This document shows positions 17,527 to 26,168 of a stretch of 31,857 bases of DNA, in pieces. The translations under genes and the position numbers were made by a program. Each line of letters begins with the position of its first letter. Positions within the stretch are counted from its first letter, which is position 1. The stretch lies in IMG/VR virus record IMGVR_UViG_3300036833_000173, positions 1 through 31,857 of that record. The stretch is one strand, 5' to 3'. Origin of the DNA: a virus. Lineage: Duplodnaviria; Caudoviricetes. Under the pieces are notes generated by a model that did not search any database, was not told the DNA's origin, and worked only from the letters and a program-made list of their open reading frames with translations.

Positions 17527-17925
17527 ATGTCAGGCGTCGCAAATGCATTAGGCGGCCAGAGCTTCGGATCGGCCCCGGGGGTTCCGGGCTTTGTCGATGA
17601 GTTCTCCACCGGAGCGCTGGGCAGCGCGACCGGCAGCGCCGAGACGGCGATGGCCAACCGCGGAACCCAGCTCGGGCTCGGCACCCCCGCCGGCCCTAAT
17701 GCGGCGCAGGGTGCGTCGGCCAGCGGCGGCAACCTGCCCTTTGGCGGCTTCAACACCCCGATGCAGATGGATCTTGGCCAATTGCCGTCGCTGGTCGGCG
17801 GCATTCCCGGCATGTCGGCGGCAACCTTGGGCCAGATGCAGAACGCGGCCTTGAACCAGCCCATCAGCAACGCTGGCGGCAAGAGCGGAAGCGGAGGCGG
17901 GCTTGCAGGGCTGTTAGGACTTTAG
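17527..17925 (+). CDS. Gly/Ala-rich ejection/internal virion protein
   Basis: Composition and position; SD GAGG. Confidence 0.6.
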   Translation: MSGVANALGGQSFGSAPGVPGFVDEFSTGALGSATGSAETAMANRGTQLGLGTPAGPNAAQGASASGGNLPFGGFNTPMQMDLGQLPSLVGGIPGMSAATLGQMQNAALNQPISNAGGKSGSGGGLAGLLGL

Positions 17926-17935
17926 GGAGAAAACC

Positions 17936-20248
17936 ATGGGTGGCGGTGGCACTGGCAGCGGCGGCCCGCTCGATTTCCTGAACATGCTGGGCCAAGCGTT
18001 AACGGGCGGCAACCAAGGTGGCAACCAGGGCGGCCCACAAGGCGGCAGCCAAGGCGGAGACGGCGGCGGCCAGGCCTTCAACCAACCCAGCACATCCGAC
18101 ATCGCCGCCGCCAACGTCCAGGGCGCAACCACCGCGCCGACCGATCCCTCGACCGGCGGCGCGCTGCAACCGGCGGCCGGCGAACAGTCCGGTTCACAAT
18201 CGCCCAACTGGCTCGCGTCGATTGCCTCGCTGGTCAATCCCGCCAGTCCCGCCTCGGCCCGCACTCCGGCCGGACCACAAGGGGCCCCGGCCTGGTTCCA
18301 GCGGACCGACCCGAAAGACATGTACACCCAGCCGGGCGATCCATCGGCCGCAGGAGGCCCAGCATACGCCGGAATGGACCCGGGCTCTGGAACCCCCTCA
18401 CCGCGGCGAAGCGCCCCTGCGCCCTCCCCAGCCCCCGGGCAGGCCCCTCCTGGCGGCATGGCTCGACAGCCAGCAGCCGCCGACCCCTCCACCCAGGCCG
18501 ACGTGCCGACGCAAGGCGGCGGGCGGGCGGCGCCATCGCCCTACACCTATGATCCCTCGACCGACCCCTGGGCCGCGGCGGGGGTGGCCGGACCGGGCAG
18601 AGGCGGCGGGGCAACGACCCCGGAAACACCAACGCCAGACCCCTCGACGTCAGCCGATGTCTCGACCCAGGGCGGCGGGCGCCCGGCCCAAGAAGACGCC
18701 AAAACCGACACCACCACCCCGCCAGCCGCTCAGCCGACCAGCGGCGGGCCGGATACCGCAAACGCCCCGACCGCGCCGCCGACGACCGGACCGAGCGCGG
18801 CGACGGGACCGCCCGCAGCGGACCAGGCCGGAGGCCAGCCCCGGTTCGACCCGATGCGGATGCTGACCGATATCCTGTTTGGCGGACCGCAGGCCATTCA
18901 ACGCGACCTGGCCAGCATAGCCCAGCAAATCCTGGGTGGCGGAATGCAGGGCATTGGCGGACAACCCCCTGGAACCGAAAGCGGGCAACCCCCTGGACCC
19001 GAAGGCGGCGGGTCGCCGGCTGCACCATGGCTGGCGCAAGGCCAGCGCGCGCCGCGTGGAACCAACCCCCAAGACTACCCGCAGGCCTCGCCGGAGCAGC
19101 TCGCCGCCATCCGCAGGCGCCAGAACGTTCCCGGCATTGACGCCCAGGGGCGCCCAACCGCTGGCACCTCTGCCCCAGCAGGCGCCCGCACTCAACCAAC
19201 CGTCGGCCCCAGCGGCGGCCCCGGCGGCAGCGGCCTGGCCGGCGGCTATGTGCCGTCCGCGGCGGGCGGAACGCTTCCAGGGCAGGCGAGAGCCCCTGCC
19301 CCACCCCCGCCAGCCCCGAACTCGCCGGCCGCCAGCAATCCGGCCACCCAGATCCCGCGGCCCGATTTGACCGCCAACATGCCGCAGGCGACCCCGACCT
19401 ACGACGCCCCGGTGGCCCACGCTGGATTTGGGCCAGACAGTGTTCCCGCCAACCGGACCCGTCCCGGCCACTATGGCGGTGTTCTCACCGTCAATGGCCG
19501 GCGCTTCCGCTATGGCACCGGCGGCGGGCCGCACGGCAGCTTGCCCTATGGCACCTACTATCTGCATCCGAAAGGCGTCGGTTCGATCGGACGCAGGATC
19601 GGCGCCTGGGCCGGGATTTCCGACAGCAACAACTCCGGCAACAACACGGTTTCGCGCGATCCCAAAACCGGCGTTGCCCGCCGCGGCGTCGAAATCCACC
19701 CCTCCAGCAGCGGCTATACCGATGGCTGCATCGGCATCATGGATCACCGGGGATTTCGCGATGCGCTGAACCAGGCCAGCAGAAATGCCAGCATTCCCTT
19801 GATCCTGGAAGTCCGCCCCGACGGCTCGGCCAGCATCTCGCCGATGTCGCGGGCGCCCAGCTCAGTGGCAACGCGAGGCGCGGGCCGCCAAGGCCTGATG
19901 GGAGATTTCCCACAGGGCGCGTCTGCCAGCCCCGCCGAACAATTAGCCAATGCAGCCTACGACCGGATGCCGCCTCGGTACGGATCACGGCAAAATAGGA
20001 GGGAGTGGGAGAACTTCCGGCGCAGCGGCGATGTCGAAGACCGCAGGGGTGAAAATCCCGGCAATGATATAGCTAGATCGTGGAGCGAGGGACAAAACGA
20101 CGCTGCCCGCGCCGATGCCTTTGGAAGATCTCGCGGACCCAGGCCGGAACGCAGACGCCCCACGGACCCCAGGGACCCTATGGCAGAAGCACTTGGCCTC
20201 TATGATCTCTATCGGGGCGGGCCAAGGCGCGTAGCAAGGCAATACTGA
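17936..20248 (+). CDS. Large Pro/Gly/Ala-rich ejection protein with a C-terminal Tlde1/YkuD-like (L,D-transpeptidase fold) domain
   Basis: Long disordered N-terminus; GSLPYGTYY...RRGVEIHPSSSGYTDGCIGI resembles the H-x(n)-GC catalytic motif. Confidence 0.65.
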   Translation: MGGGGTGSGGPLDFLNMLGQALTGGNQGGNQGGPQGGSQGGDGGGQAFNQPSTSDIAAANVQGATTAPTDPSTGGALQPAAGEQSGSQSPNWLASIASLVNPASPASARTPAGPQGAPAWFQRTDPKDMYTQPGDPSAAGGPAYAGMDPGSGTPSPRRSAPAPSPAPGQAPPGGMARQPAAADPSTQADVPTQGGGRAAPSPYTYDPSTDPWAAAGVAGPGRGGGATTPETPTPDPSTSADVSTQGGGRPAQEDAKTDTTTPPAAQPTSGGPDTANAPTAPPTTGPSAATGPPAADQAGGQPRFDPMRMLTDILFGGPQAIQRDLASIAQQILGGGMQGIGGQPPGTESGQPPGPEGGGSPAAPWLAQGQRAPRGTNPQDYPQASPEQLAAIRRRQNVPGIDAQGRPTAGTSAPAGARTQPTVGPSGGPGGSGLAGGYVPSAAGGTLPGQARAPAPPPPAPNSPAASNPATQIPRPDLTANMPQATPTYDAPVAHAGFGPDSVPANRTRPGHYGGVLTVNGRRFRYGTGGGPHGSLPYGTYYLHPKGVGSIGRRIGAWAGISDSNNSGNNTVSRDPKTGVARRGVEIHPSSSGYTDGCIGIMDHRGFRDALNQASRNASIPLILEVRPDGSASISPMSRAPSSVATRGAGRQGLMGDFPQGASASPAEQLANAAYDRMPPRYGSRQNRREWENFRRSGDVEDRRGENPGNDIARSWSEGQNDAARADAFGRSRGPRPERRRPTDPRDPMAEALGLYDLYRGGPRRVARQY

Positions 20249-22446
20249 TGGCCAACGGCAACCCCGATCCCGGCATCGAGAGACCGATTCCGCCGGATTA
20301 CCAAAATCCGGACCCGCGCATCGACAGGCCGGTTCCGCCTGGTTACCGCAATCCCGATCCAGGCATCGATCGAACTGGTTACATGCAGCTTGTCGACCCC
20401 AATGCGCCCCCTGATCCCAGGCGGGTGCTCATGGATCTATTCCGGCAAAGGCTGCCGCAGTTCCAGCAAGGCCGGCAACCCTTTCCGATGATGCCCCCGA
20501 ACGCGGCGGCGGACTCGCGCTGGGGTGACGAAACCGGCCCGGTCGAGCAACCGCCAGCTGCACCCGAGTACCAGCCCCGCCTGCCTTACCGGACACCGTG
20601 GCGGGCGCCATTCGATTTGCCGCGCCCGCGCGACAGCAGCCAGTGGGGCGGCGAGTGGTGGGCGACCGCCGGGGCCAAGAACTATCCGGGCAACATCCTC
20701 AGCCCGTCACTGCCGTCGCCGACGGAAGCGATGGGCATTTTCAACCGAGGCGGGCAGTCGCTGCAGCAATGGGGCTCGCGCGGGGTCGGGATGTATGCCG
20801 GGCAAATGTCGCAAATGGCGCAGCGGCTGGCGCCCTATCTCGACATGCTCAGCAAGGGCGCGTTCTCGAAAAACTTCCTCGCCGCGCGGCTCGGGTCGCT
20901 GAAGGCGATGGAAGCGGAGATGCAGATCAACGCCGAGATGGGGGTCGAGAAGCACAAGAAGGAATTACTCGAAACCGGCAAGATCTTCACGCTGTGGAAG
21001 TCCGGCATGTACGGCGACGGTGCGGCCGGCGACGAGCGGGCCAAGCAGGAGCTGGAGAACTGGGCCCTTGAGAACGACCACAAGAACCTCTACAACATCA
21101 TCGTCAACAAGGGGATGGGCGCGGCCGAGAACTGGTTGAAATGGGAAGACCAGCAGATGCTGGCGATCGAGGCCGCCTGGACCAGCTCGAAGAAATCCTC
21201 CGAGACCGGCAAGAGCGAACTGACGACGGACACGCTGGGAGGCGAGATCGGCGGGACCGATGTTACCAAGACAGCACCGACCGCCGAACCCAAGATCGCG
21301 GGAGCTGAACCAACGCCCCCCGGCGCCAAAGCGCCGGAAACCCCCGACATCGCCGCCACCAATGCCGAGATTTCCAAAGCCCACATGCTGACGCCGGCCG
21401 GGCTCGACGCAGCGCGTAGCCTGCTCCATGGCGATTCGAAGACCAGCGACTATCACGGCGATCTCGGGCAAAAGCACGTCGTCGACGGCGCCAACGACTT
21501 TCGCGCCAAGATCGACAGGATCGCCACCGGGCCCGGCACGCCGCAACAGAAGATCGACGCGATCCGCGGCGTCGATCCCGCAACCGCCGACAATGTCGAA
21601 AGCATCGGCAGCTACCGTGGCGACATCCAGTCGATCCAGGCAGGCGGTGGCTATCGCGGGCAAATCGAGGGATGGACCAAGTCGGTCTATCGCGGCAAAT
21701 ATGACCGCAATAATTTCAAGGCCGCGCAGCGCTTCGTCGACCCGGCCTCGCAGACCCAAAGAGAGATCCAGCGCATCGGCCTGATCGCCCAAGCCTATAC
21801 CCAGGTGAATGAAGCCTCGAAGGACCTCAACGAAAACAGCAGTCCTCCGAAGAATGCGATCGACAGGTTCATTGCCACCAATACCACCGGCGACCCGAAA
21901 TGGGATAAGATGTACTCGGCGATCCGCACCTATGTGATGCAGACGGTTTCGGCACAAAGCCTGACCGGCGTCACCCGGCAAGGCCTAGTCGACGGCATGA
22001 TGAAGTACATCAGCCCGACGTCGTCCCCGCGCTCGATCCGGGTATCGCTGCAGGTCGAAGGCAGGGATGTCGCCGCCGCCTTGAGTAACCTTGAGTCCGA
22101 TTGGCATCGGATCAGGCCAGGCGATGCACTGCCTGGCATAACCAAGGAAAGCTATGACGGGTTGAGCGCCGTCGTGCGCGCCAACGCCTACACGGGGCAG
22201 ATCCCCGATGATGCGCCGCTGCCGATGCGCAACGCCAGCAAGGACCCGAGCAAGGCCTATACCCGCTTAACCGACGAGCAAAAACGACCTACAGTCACAT
22301 TGAAGGATTATAGCGGTGCAAGAAAGTTCATTGCCGCCAACAAGGACAGTCTTGATCCCGCCATCAAGGCCCAGGTCCAGGCCAATATGTTACTACTAGG
22401 CACGCAGCTAAACATGCCAGGAGCGCCTGACGAAGATGGCCAATGA
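20248..22446 (+). CDS. Internal virion/ejection protein, 732 aa
   Basis: TGATG coupling; size and position; Pro-rich N-terminal repeats. Confidence 0.6.
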   Translation: MANGNPDPGIERPIPPDYQNPDPRIDRPVPPGYRNPDPGIDRTGYMQLVDPNAPPDPRRVLMDLFRQRLPQFQQGRQPFPMMPPNAAADSRWGDETGPVEQPPAAPEYQPRLPYRTPWRAPFDLPRPRDSSQWGGEWWATAGAKNYPGNILSPSLPSPTEAMGIFNRGGQSLQQWGSRGVGMYAGQMSQMAQRLAPYLDMLSKGAFSKNFLAARLGSLKAMEAEMQINAEMGVEKHKKELLETGKIFTLWKSGMYGDGAAGDERAKQELENWALENDHKNLYNIIVNKGMGAAENWLKWEDQQMLAIEAAWTSSKKSSETGKSELTTDTLGGEIGGTDVTKTAPTAEPKIAGAEPTPPGAKAPETPDIAATNAEISKAHMLTPAGLDAARSLLHGDSKTSDYHGDLGQKHVVDGANDFRAKIDRIATGPGTPQQKIDAIRGVDPATADNVESIGSYRGDIQSIQAGGGYRGQIEGWTKSVYRGKYDRNNFKAAQRFVDPASQTQREIQRIGLIAQAYTQVNEASKDLNENSSPPKNAIDRFIATNTTGDPKWDKMYSAIRTYVMQTVSAQSLTGVTRQGLVDGMMKYISPTSSPRSIRVSLQVEGRDVAAALSNLESDWHRIRPGDALPGITKESYDGLSAVVRANAYTGQIPDDAPLPMRNASKDPSKAYTRLTDEQKRPTVTLKDYSGARKFIAANKDSLDPAIKAQVQANMLLLGTQLNMPGAPDEDGQ
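20260..20373 (+). repeat. ~2.5 in-frame 45-bp repeats encoding NPDP(G/R)I(E/D)RP(I/V)PP(D/G)Y(Q/R)
   Basis: Visible in the translation NPDPGIERPIPPDYQ NPDPRIDRPVPPGYR NPDPGIDR. Confidence 0.8.
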
Positions 22447-23431
22447 CGGCAACGACATAAGCGCCAACTCCAAGATGCTGGAAAAGTATGGCTTAGTCCC
22501 CAAAGGCGGTTTCAGCGCGGCTCCCACGCCAGCGGCACAAGCGGACAGCAACCCGCCATCACCCGGCGGCCTGCTGCACAATGTCCTTGGCCTGGGCCAC
22601 AATGTCCTTGGCCTAGGCGGCACCTTCGAAAGCATGGGCGAAGGCGCAGGCCACGGGGCCGCGCTAATGGCGGTCGATGCCGGACGGCTTGCCAGGAATT
22701 TCGTACCTACCTCAGTCGCCGACCGCGTCAGCAACCTGCCGGGCATGCAGCGCCTGACGGACTATGCCGATAGCCCCTATGAAGGCCCGGCGGAAGCCGC
22801 AGGCAGCTGGCTGACCCAAGGCGCGCTGGCGCTGATGGGGCCAGGCGAAGCAAGGCTCGGCAATCTGGCCCGCGAGGCCATCGAGAGATTTTGGCCCGAA
22901 GCCACCAAGGTCGCCTATCGCGGCAGAGGTTTTGCCGGCGAGGCCCCGCAAATTCGCGAGGCGCTTCCCCATCCAGCGCAGCAGTTTGCCGACCGCTGGG
23001 CGCACCGCGCCAATGTCGCGGAGCAAATGGGACGCGGCGCAATCCCCGGCGCCATGGGCGATCCCAACGATCCCTTAACCGGCGCGGGCGTTGGCGCGAT
23101 CACGGGCGGCCTGGCCAGCCCTATCGCCGCCGGCATGCAAAGTTCGGTCGGCCGCTTCATGGGCGCGCATGCCGCCCCTGCGGCACTCTGGGGCTTGCTG
23201 CACAGTGCAACGGGACTTCCCTATCACGATGCGCTGGCGCTCGGGCCTTTGATTACCTGGTATGCTTCGCCGGTCGGCAAGCGGTTGCGCGAGGTGGGCG
23301 GCAAGATCGTCACCGAGACGGGAAGGATCGTCGGCGAGATCGCGCAGAAACAGCCCAGGACATTGCAGGCCGGCGGCTATGCCGCGGGCAGCGGCGCCAG
23401 CTATGTCGTGCCGCAGGACGAGGAACCGTAA
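22436..23431 (+). CDS. Gly/Ala-rich internal virion/ejection protein, 331 aa
   Basis: Composition and position; contains a 21-bp duplication (HNVLGLG x2, 22577-22618). Confidence 0.6.
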   Translation: MANDGNDISANSKMLEKYGLVPKGGFSAAPTPAAQADSNPPSPGGLLHNVLGLGHNVLGLGGTFESMGEGAGHGAALMAVDAGRLARNFVPTSVADRVSNLPGMQRLTDYADSPYEGPAEAAGSWLTQGALALMGPGEARLGNLAREAIERFWPEATKVAYRGRGFAGEAPQIREALPHPAQQFADRWAHRANVAEQMGRGAIPGAMGDPNDPLTGAGVGAITGGLASPIAAGMQSSVGRFMGAHAAPAALWGLLHSATGLPYHDALALGPLITWYASPVGKRLREVGGKIVTETGRIVGEIAQKQPRTLQAGGYAAGSGASYVVPQDEEP

Positions 23432-23799
23432 TGGCCAAGATCACCAAGCTGACCGACAACACGGCGGCCAAAACCCTAGATCCCGAGGGCGTCGCGCCGC
23501 GGCTTTACAAGCAGGTCAGCGTGCTGTTGACTCAACTGGAGCGGGGAAGTGGAATCACCGTCCGCGAACGCACCCAGGCGCTCGCCGCCATCGCCCGCAT
23601 CCAGGCGATCTGGGCCGCGCTCAGAAAGGCCAACCCCGATGAGTCTGAACGATCCGGGTCCACCGTCAGGAAATATGCGTCCGCCTTCTCGGCCAATGCA
23701 GCTGGTCGGCGAAAAGCAAACACCGGAAGCGAGCCCAACGCTGAGCCAGATGACTGGTTTGAGTCAACAACCGACGACGACGACGATTCCGCCGCCTAA
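23431..23799 (+). CDS. Hypothetical 122-aa protein with acidic tail
   Basis: TAATG coupling; SD GAGGA. Confidence 0.65.
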   Translation: MAKITKLTDNTAAKTLDPEGVAPRLYKQVSVLLTQLERGSGITVRERTQALAAIARIQAIWAALRKANPDESERSGSTVRKYASAFSANAAGRRKANTGSEPNAEPDDWFESTTDDDDDSAA

Positions 23800-24010
23800 T
23801 TTCCTCGCCTTCAGGGCCGCAGTGATCGGGGCCTTCAACGTCCTGACCTTGATCCTCGCCGTCCGCCTGACTTTACTCGTCGCCGTTTGCGGCGCGATTT
23901 CTTTGGCTTATCTCGCGCTTTCGAACGCCGACCCTTACCGGCTTGGAGCGCTGCTGATCTATGCTGTGGTGGTGGTGGTTCCGCTGGTGTGGCTGGCGGC
24001 GCGTCGCTAG
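23696..24010 (+). CDS. Small membrane protein, possible holin
   Basis: Two to three hydrophobic helices and a basic C-terminus (AARR); start uncertain (23696 or 23750). Confidence 0.5.
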   Translation: MQLVGEKQTPEASPTLSQMTGLSQQPTTTTIPPPNFLAFRAAVIGAFNVLTLILAVRLTLLVAVCGAISLAYLALSNADPYRLGALLIYAVVVVVPLVWLAARR

Positions 24011-24067
24011 GGAGCGGATCAACCTTCCACCGCGCGCCCCGGCGCATCCACTCGGGCACTCTCGGCG

Positions 24068-24751
24068 TTAGGGCAGATCCCGCCATGGGAAGACGCCCGG
24101 CATGGTCATGGCAGGGTCCTCCCGCATCAGCGGAATGTAATCGCCGAGTGCGCGCGCCTTCTCGGTCTGCTCGTCGAGATCGTCGCAGAACTTGTCCAGC
24201 AGATCGTCCATGAGCTTGATGTAAGCCTTGTCCCTTTGCGTGTAATCGTATCGCGAAGGCATCCTCGGATGATAGGCAAAGAAATGCACGGCCTCCCAGC
24301 TACCGACCAGCAGCTGGCCCTGGACTTGGGGCCGGTAATCATTGCCGGGGCCGTCGAGTAGATAGCCCATCTGCGTCCATGGCGCGGGGCACTTGATCTC
24401 CACCGCCTCGACCGATCCCTTGACCAGGCAGTCGGGCGAGCAGCCGATCCGGCCGTCGTCCGAAGTCACGAACGAGATGCGTTCCAGGATCAGTTCCTTC
24501 TTTTCCTGGAACTTGATGATGGCCTCGGCCTCCATCTGCTTGCCCCACTCCATCCATGGCGTGTTGGTATTGTCCTCCATGGTTTCGTTCAGCAACCGCT
24601 CGGCCACGAGCTTGTACAGGTAGGGTCGCGCCTGCGCCGACGGCTTGCCGGTTGGGGTGATGATTTTGTGAAACTGCGAGGCGGTGGGGATACCGCGCCG
24701 CAGCTTCCACCACGCCTCTGTGCCCTGATCGACGACGTGAAGCTTACTCAT
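24068..24751 (-). CDS. YqaJ / lambda-exonuclease family recombination nuclease
   Basis: QGTEAWWKLRRGIPTAS, MEWG..ME, GCSPD, VEIKCP and QVQGQL motifs. Confidence 0.92.
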   Translation of the reverse strand: MSKLHVVDQGTEAWWKLRRGIPTASQFHKIITPTGKPSAQARPYLYKLVAERLLNETMEDNTNTPWMEWGKQMEAEAIIKFQEKKELILERISFVTSDDGRIGCSPDCLVKGSVEAVEIKCPAPWTQMGYLLDGPGNDYRPQVQGQLLVGSWEAVHFFAYHPRMPSRYDYTQRDKAYIKLMDDLLDKFCDDLDEQTEKARALGDYIPLMREDPAMTMPGVFPWRDLP

Positions 24752-24861
24752 GATATTTGGTTCATCTCGTCTTCAATGGTTCGCTTCTTGTGCATGGGGA
24801 TTTCTCGCCGTCACTGGCTCGCTCGTGCGGCTTGGTCTATCTCCAGTAACGTGGCTCGTTC
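24745..24861 (-). repeat. Satellite TIGR-like mini-array, 3 units
   Basis: Reverse complement reads gaacg | agcca cgttactg gagatagacca agccgcac gagcg | agcca gtgacggc gagaaatcccca tgcacaag aagcg | aacca ttgaagac gagatgaacca aatatcat gagta. Confidence 0.88.
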
Positions 24862-24874
24862 AGTAAATGCCCCG

Positions 24875-25066
24875 TTATTGACACATCCAACCAACGCAAC
24901 CGCATTCCTGATGGCAAATCGTCCGCCCCACACTATCGGTGTAACAAACCGTCCGGCACGATACTTGATGGACGTTAGGGCGCGGCGTGTAGTTCTGCCT
25001 AGCCAGCGGCAGAGCCTGCGCAGTGGTTGACAGCAACAGGCACACGACAGTTAACAAGTACTTCAT
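24875..25066 (-). CDS. Small secreted Cys-rich peptide (63 aa)
   Basis: Signal peptide MKYLLTVVCLLLSTTAQA; mature part has six Cys; purine-rich SD AGGGGTG. Confidence 0.65.
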   Translation of the reverse strand: MKYLLTVVCLLLSTTAQALPLARQNYTPRPNVHQVSCRTVCYTDSVGRTICHQECGCVGWMCQ

Positions 25067-25154
25067 TTCTTCACCCCTTCTTTTGTTCACGATTCGTACT
25101 GATATTCCATAATCTGGCGCCTTAATGTTTTTTCCAGATTTTCCCCCCAAATTT

Positions 25155-25244
25155 TGGCTCGCTTACACGTCTTGGTCTGTCTAGGCGGACGTGTGCGCAT
25201 TCTGGCTCACTCAGTGGGGGTGGGACTTCTCCGGTCGCATGGCT
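25155..25244 (-). repeat. Satellite TIGR-like mini-array, 2 units plus a terminal AGCCA
   Basis: Reverse complement reads agcca tgcgaccg gagaagtccca cccccact gagtg | agcca gaatgcgc [acacgtccgcct] agacagacca agacgtgt aagcg | agcca. Confidence 0.82.
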
Positions 25245-25899
25245 AGAACGGAATATCGTCATTCATATCCTCGTTCTTGAGGTTCTCGGTCCTGACCTCA
25301 CGGATGCCCTCGCGCTCGTCCCAGCCGACGATCTCGAAATGCGGCCGGGGGACATCGCCGAACTTGCGGGTCGGCATCATGACCTTGCCGAGCTTGATGA
25401 TGGGCTGGCCGCAGCCGGCTTGCTTCGCCGCCTTGCGGGCATAGGCCGAACAGAGATCGGCCACCGCCCGCTTACCGCCAAAGGACGAGGCCACTAAGAT
25501 GTTTACGTCGCCGGTCGTGAGGTCCTCCAGCGGCAATAAATACTGGAATACCCAGGGATCGGACGGCCTGCCATCCAGGCCGATCGGCCAATGCAGCTCC
25601 TCATGATCCGGCAGCTCGTCGCGCTCGGGGGCGCGCTCGCCCTTGTTGACACGGTAGACCTTGCGCTCGGCAACGGTACCGTTGAGGAACTTGACCCAGG
25701 TCTTGGTCCAGCCCACGGCATGGGCGATGAACCGCGAACCCAGGGGCACTTCCTCGCCCTCGCGGTAATAGACGCCCTTCTTGAATTTCAGCATCTTGTC
25801 GAACCCCGCGTCTGCGCTCGCCGCATCCAGGATCAGCTGGGCCTCATTCCATTGCGTGGAGGGGATGTTGTGGGATTTTGCTTCCGATAGTTTGTTCAT
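25243..25899 (-). CDS. Single-stranded DNA-binding-like protein
   Basis: Acidic C-terminal DMNDDIPF tail; located in the recombination module next to YqaJ; ATGA overlap with the upstream gene. Confidence 0.75.
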   Translation of the reverse strand: MNKLSEAKSHNIPSTQWNEAQLILDAASADAGFDKMLKFKKGVYYREGEEVPLGSRFIAHAVGWTKTWVKFLNGTVAERKVYRVNKGERAPERDELPDHEELHWPIGLDGRPSDPWVFQYLLPLEDLTTGDVNILVASSFGGKRAVADLCSAYARKAAKQAGCGQPIIKLGKVMMPTRKFGDVPRPHFEIVGWDEREGIREVRTENLKNEDMNDDIPF

Positions 25900-26099
25900 G
25901 TTTTGTCCTTTTGCCTTATTTGATTTTTCCAAGTTTCTTCGAGCAAATGGCGTAGCTCGATCTGGGCTCGCGCGACCTGCTCGTCATAGCCAAGTTCAGT
26001 ATCGACGGCGCAACTCACCGTGGCCTCGACCCTGGCGCTTTCGAAATTACCGAGGTTGATGGTGCGGGAAATCCCGATAGAAAATTCCTTGATGGTCAT
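25896..26099 (-). CDS. Hypothetical phage protein (TINLGNFESARVE motif)
   Basis: SD GGGGA; the motif resembles small phage proteins of recombination modules. Confidence 0.65.
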   Translation of the reverse strand: MTIKEFSIGISRTINLGNFESARVEATVSCAVDTELGYDEQVARAQIELRHLLEETWKNQIRQKDKT

Positions 26100-26105
26100 G
26101 GCCAT

Positions 26106-26168
26106 TCCCCGGTTGCATGTATATGAATATATATTGACCAACACTTGTCAAGAGGATAAGTCACACAG
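26106..26168. promoter_or_regulatory. Divergent promoter/operator with TTGAC-N8-GTCAA inverted repeat (26134-26151)
   Basis: AT-rich gap between divergent genes; perfect TTGACA on the - strand and TTGACC on the + strand. Confidence 0.6.

Noticed and set aside
18018-21981. Long alternative-frame and antisense ORFs over the ejection genes (also over portal, nozzle and primase)
   Set aside because: Shadow ORFs expected in high-GC coding DNA, with no motifs or RBS.
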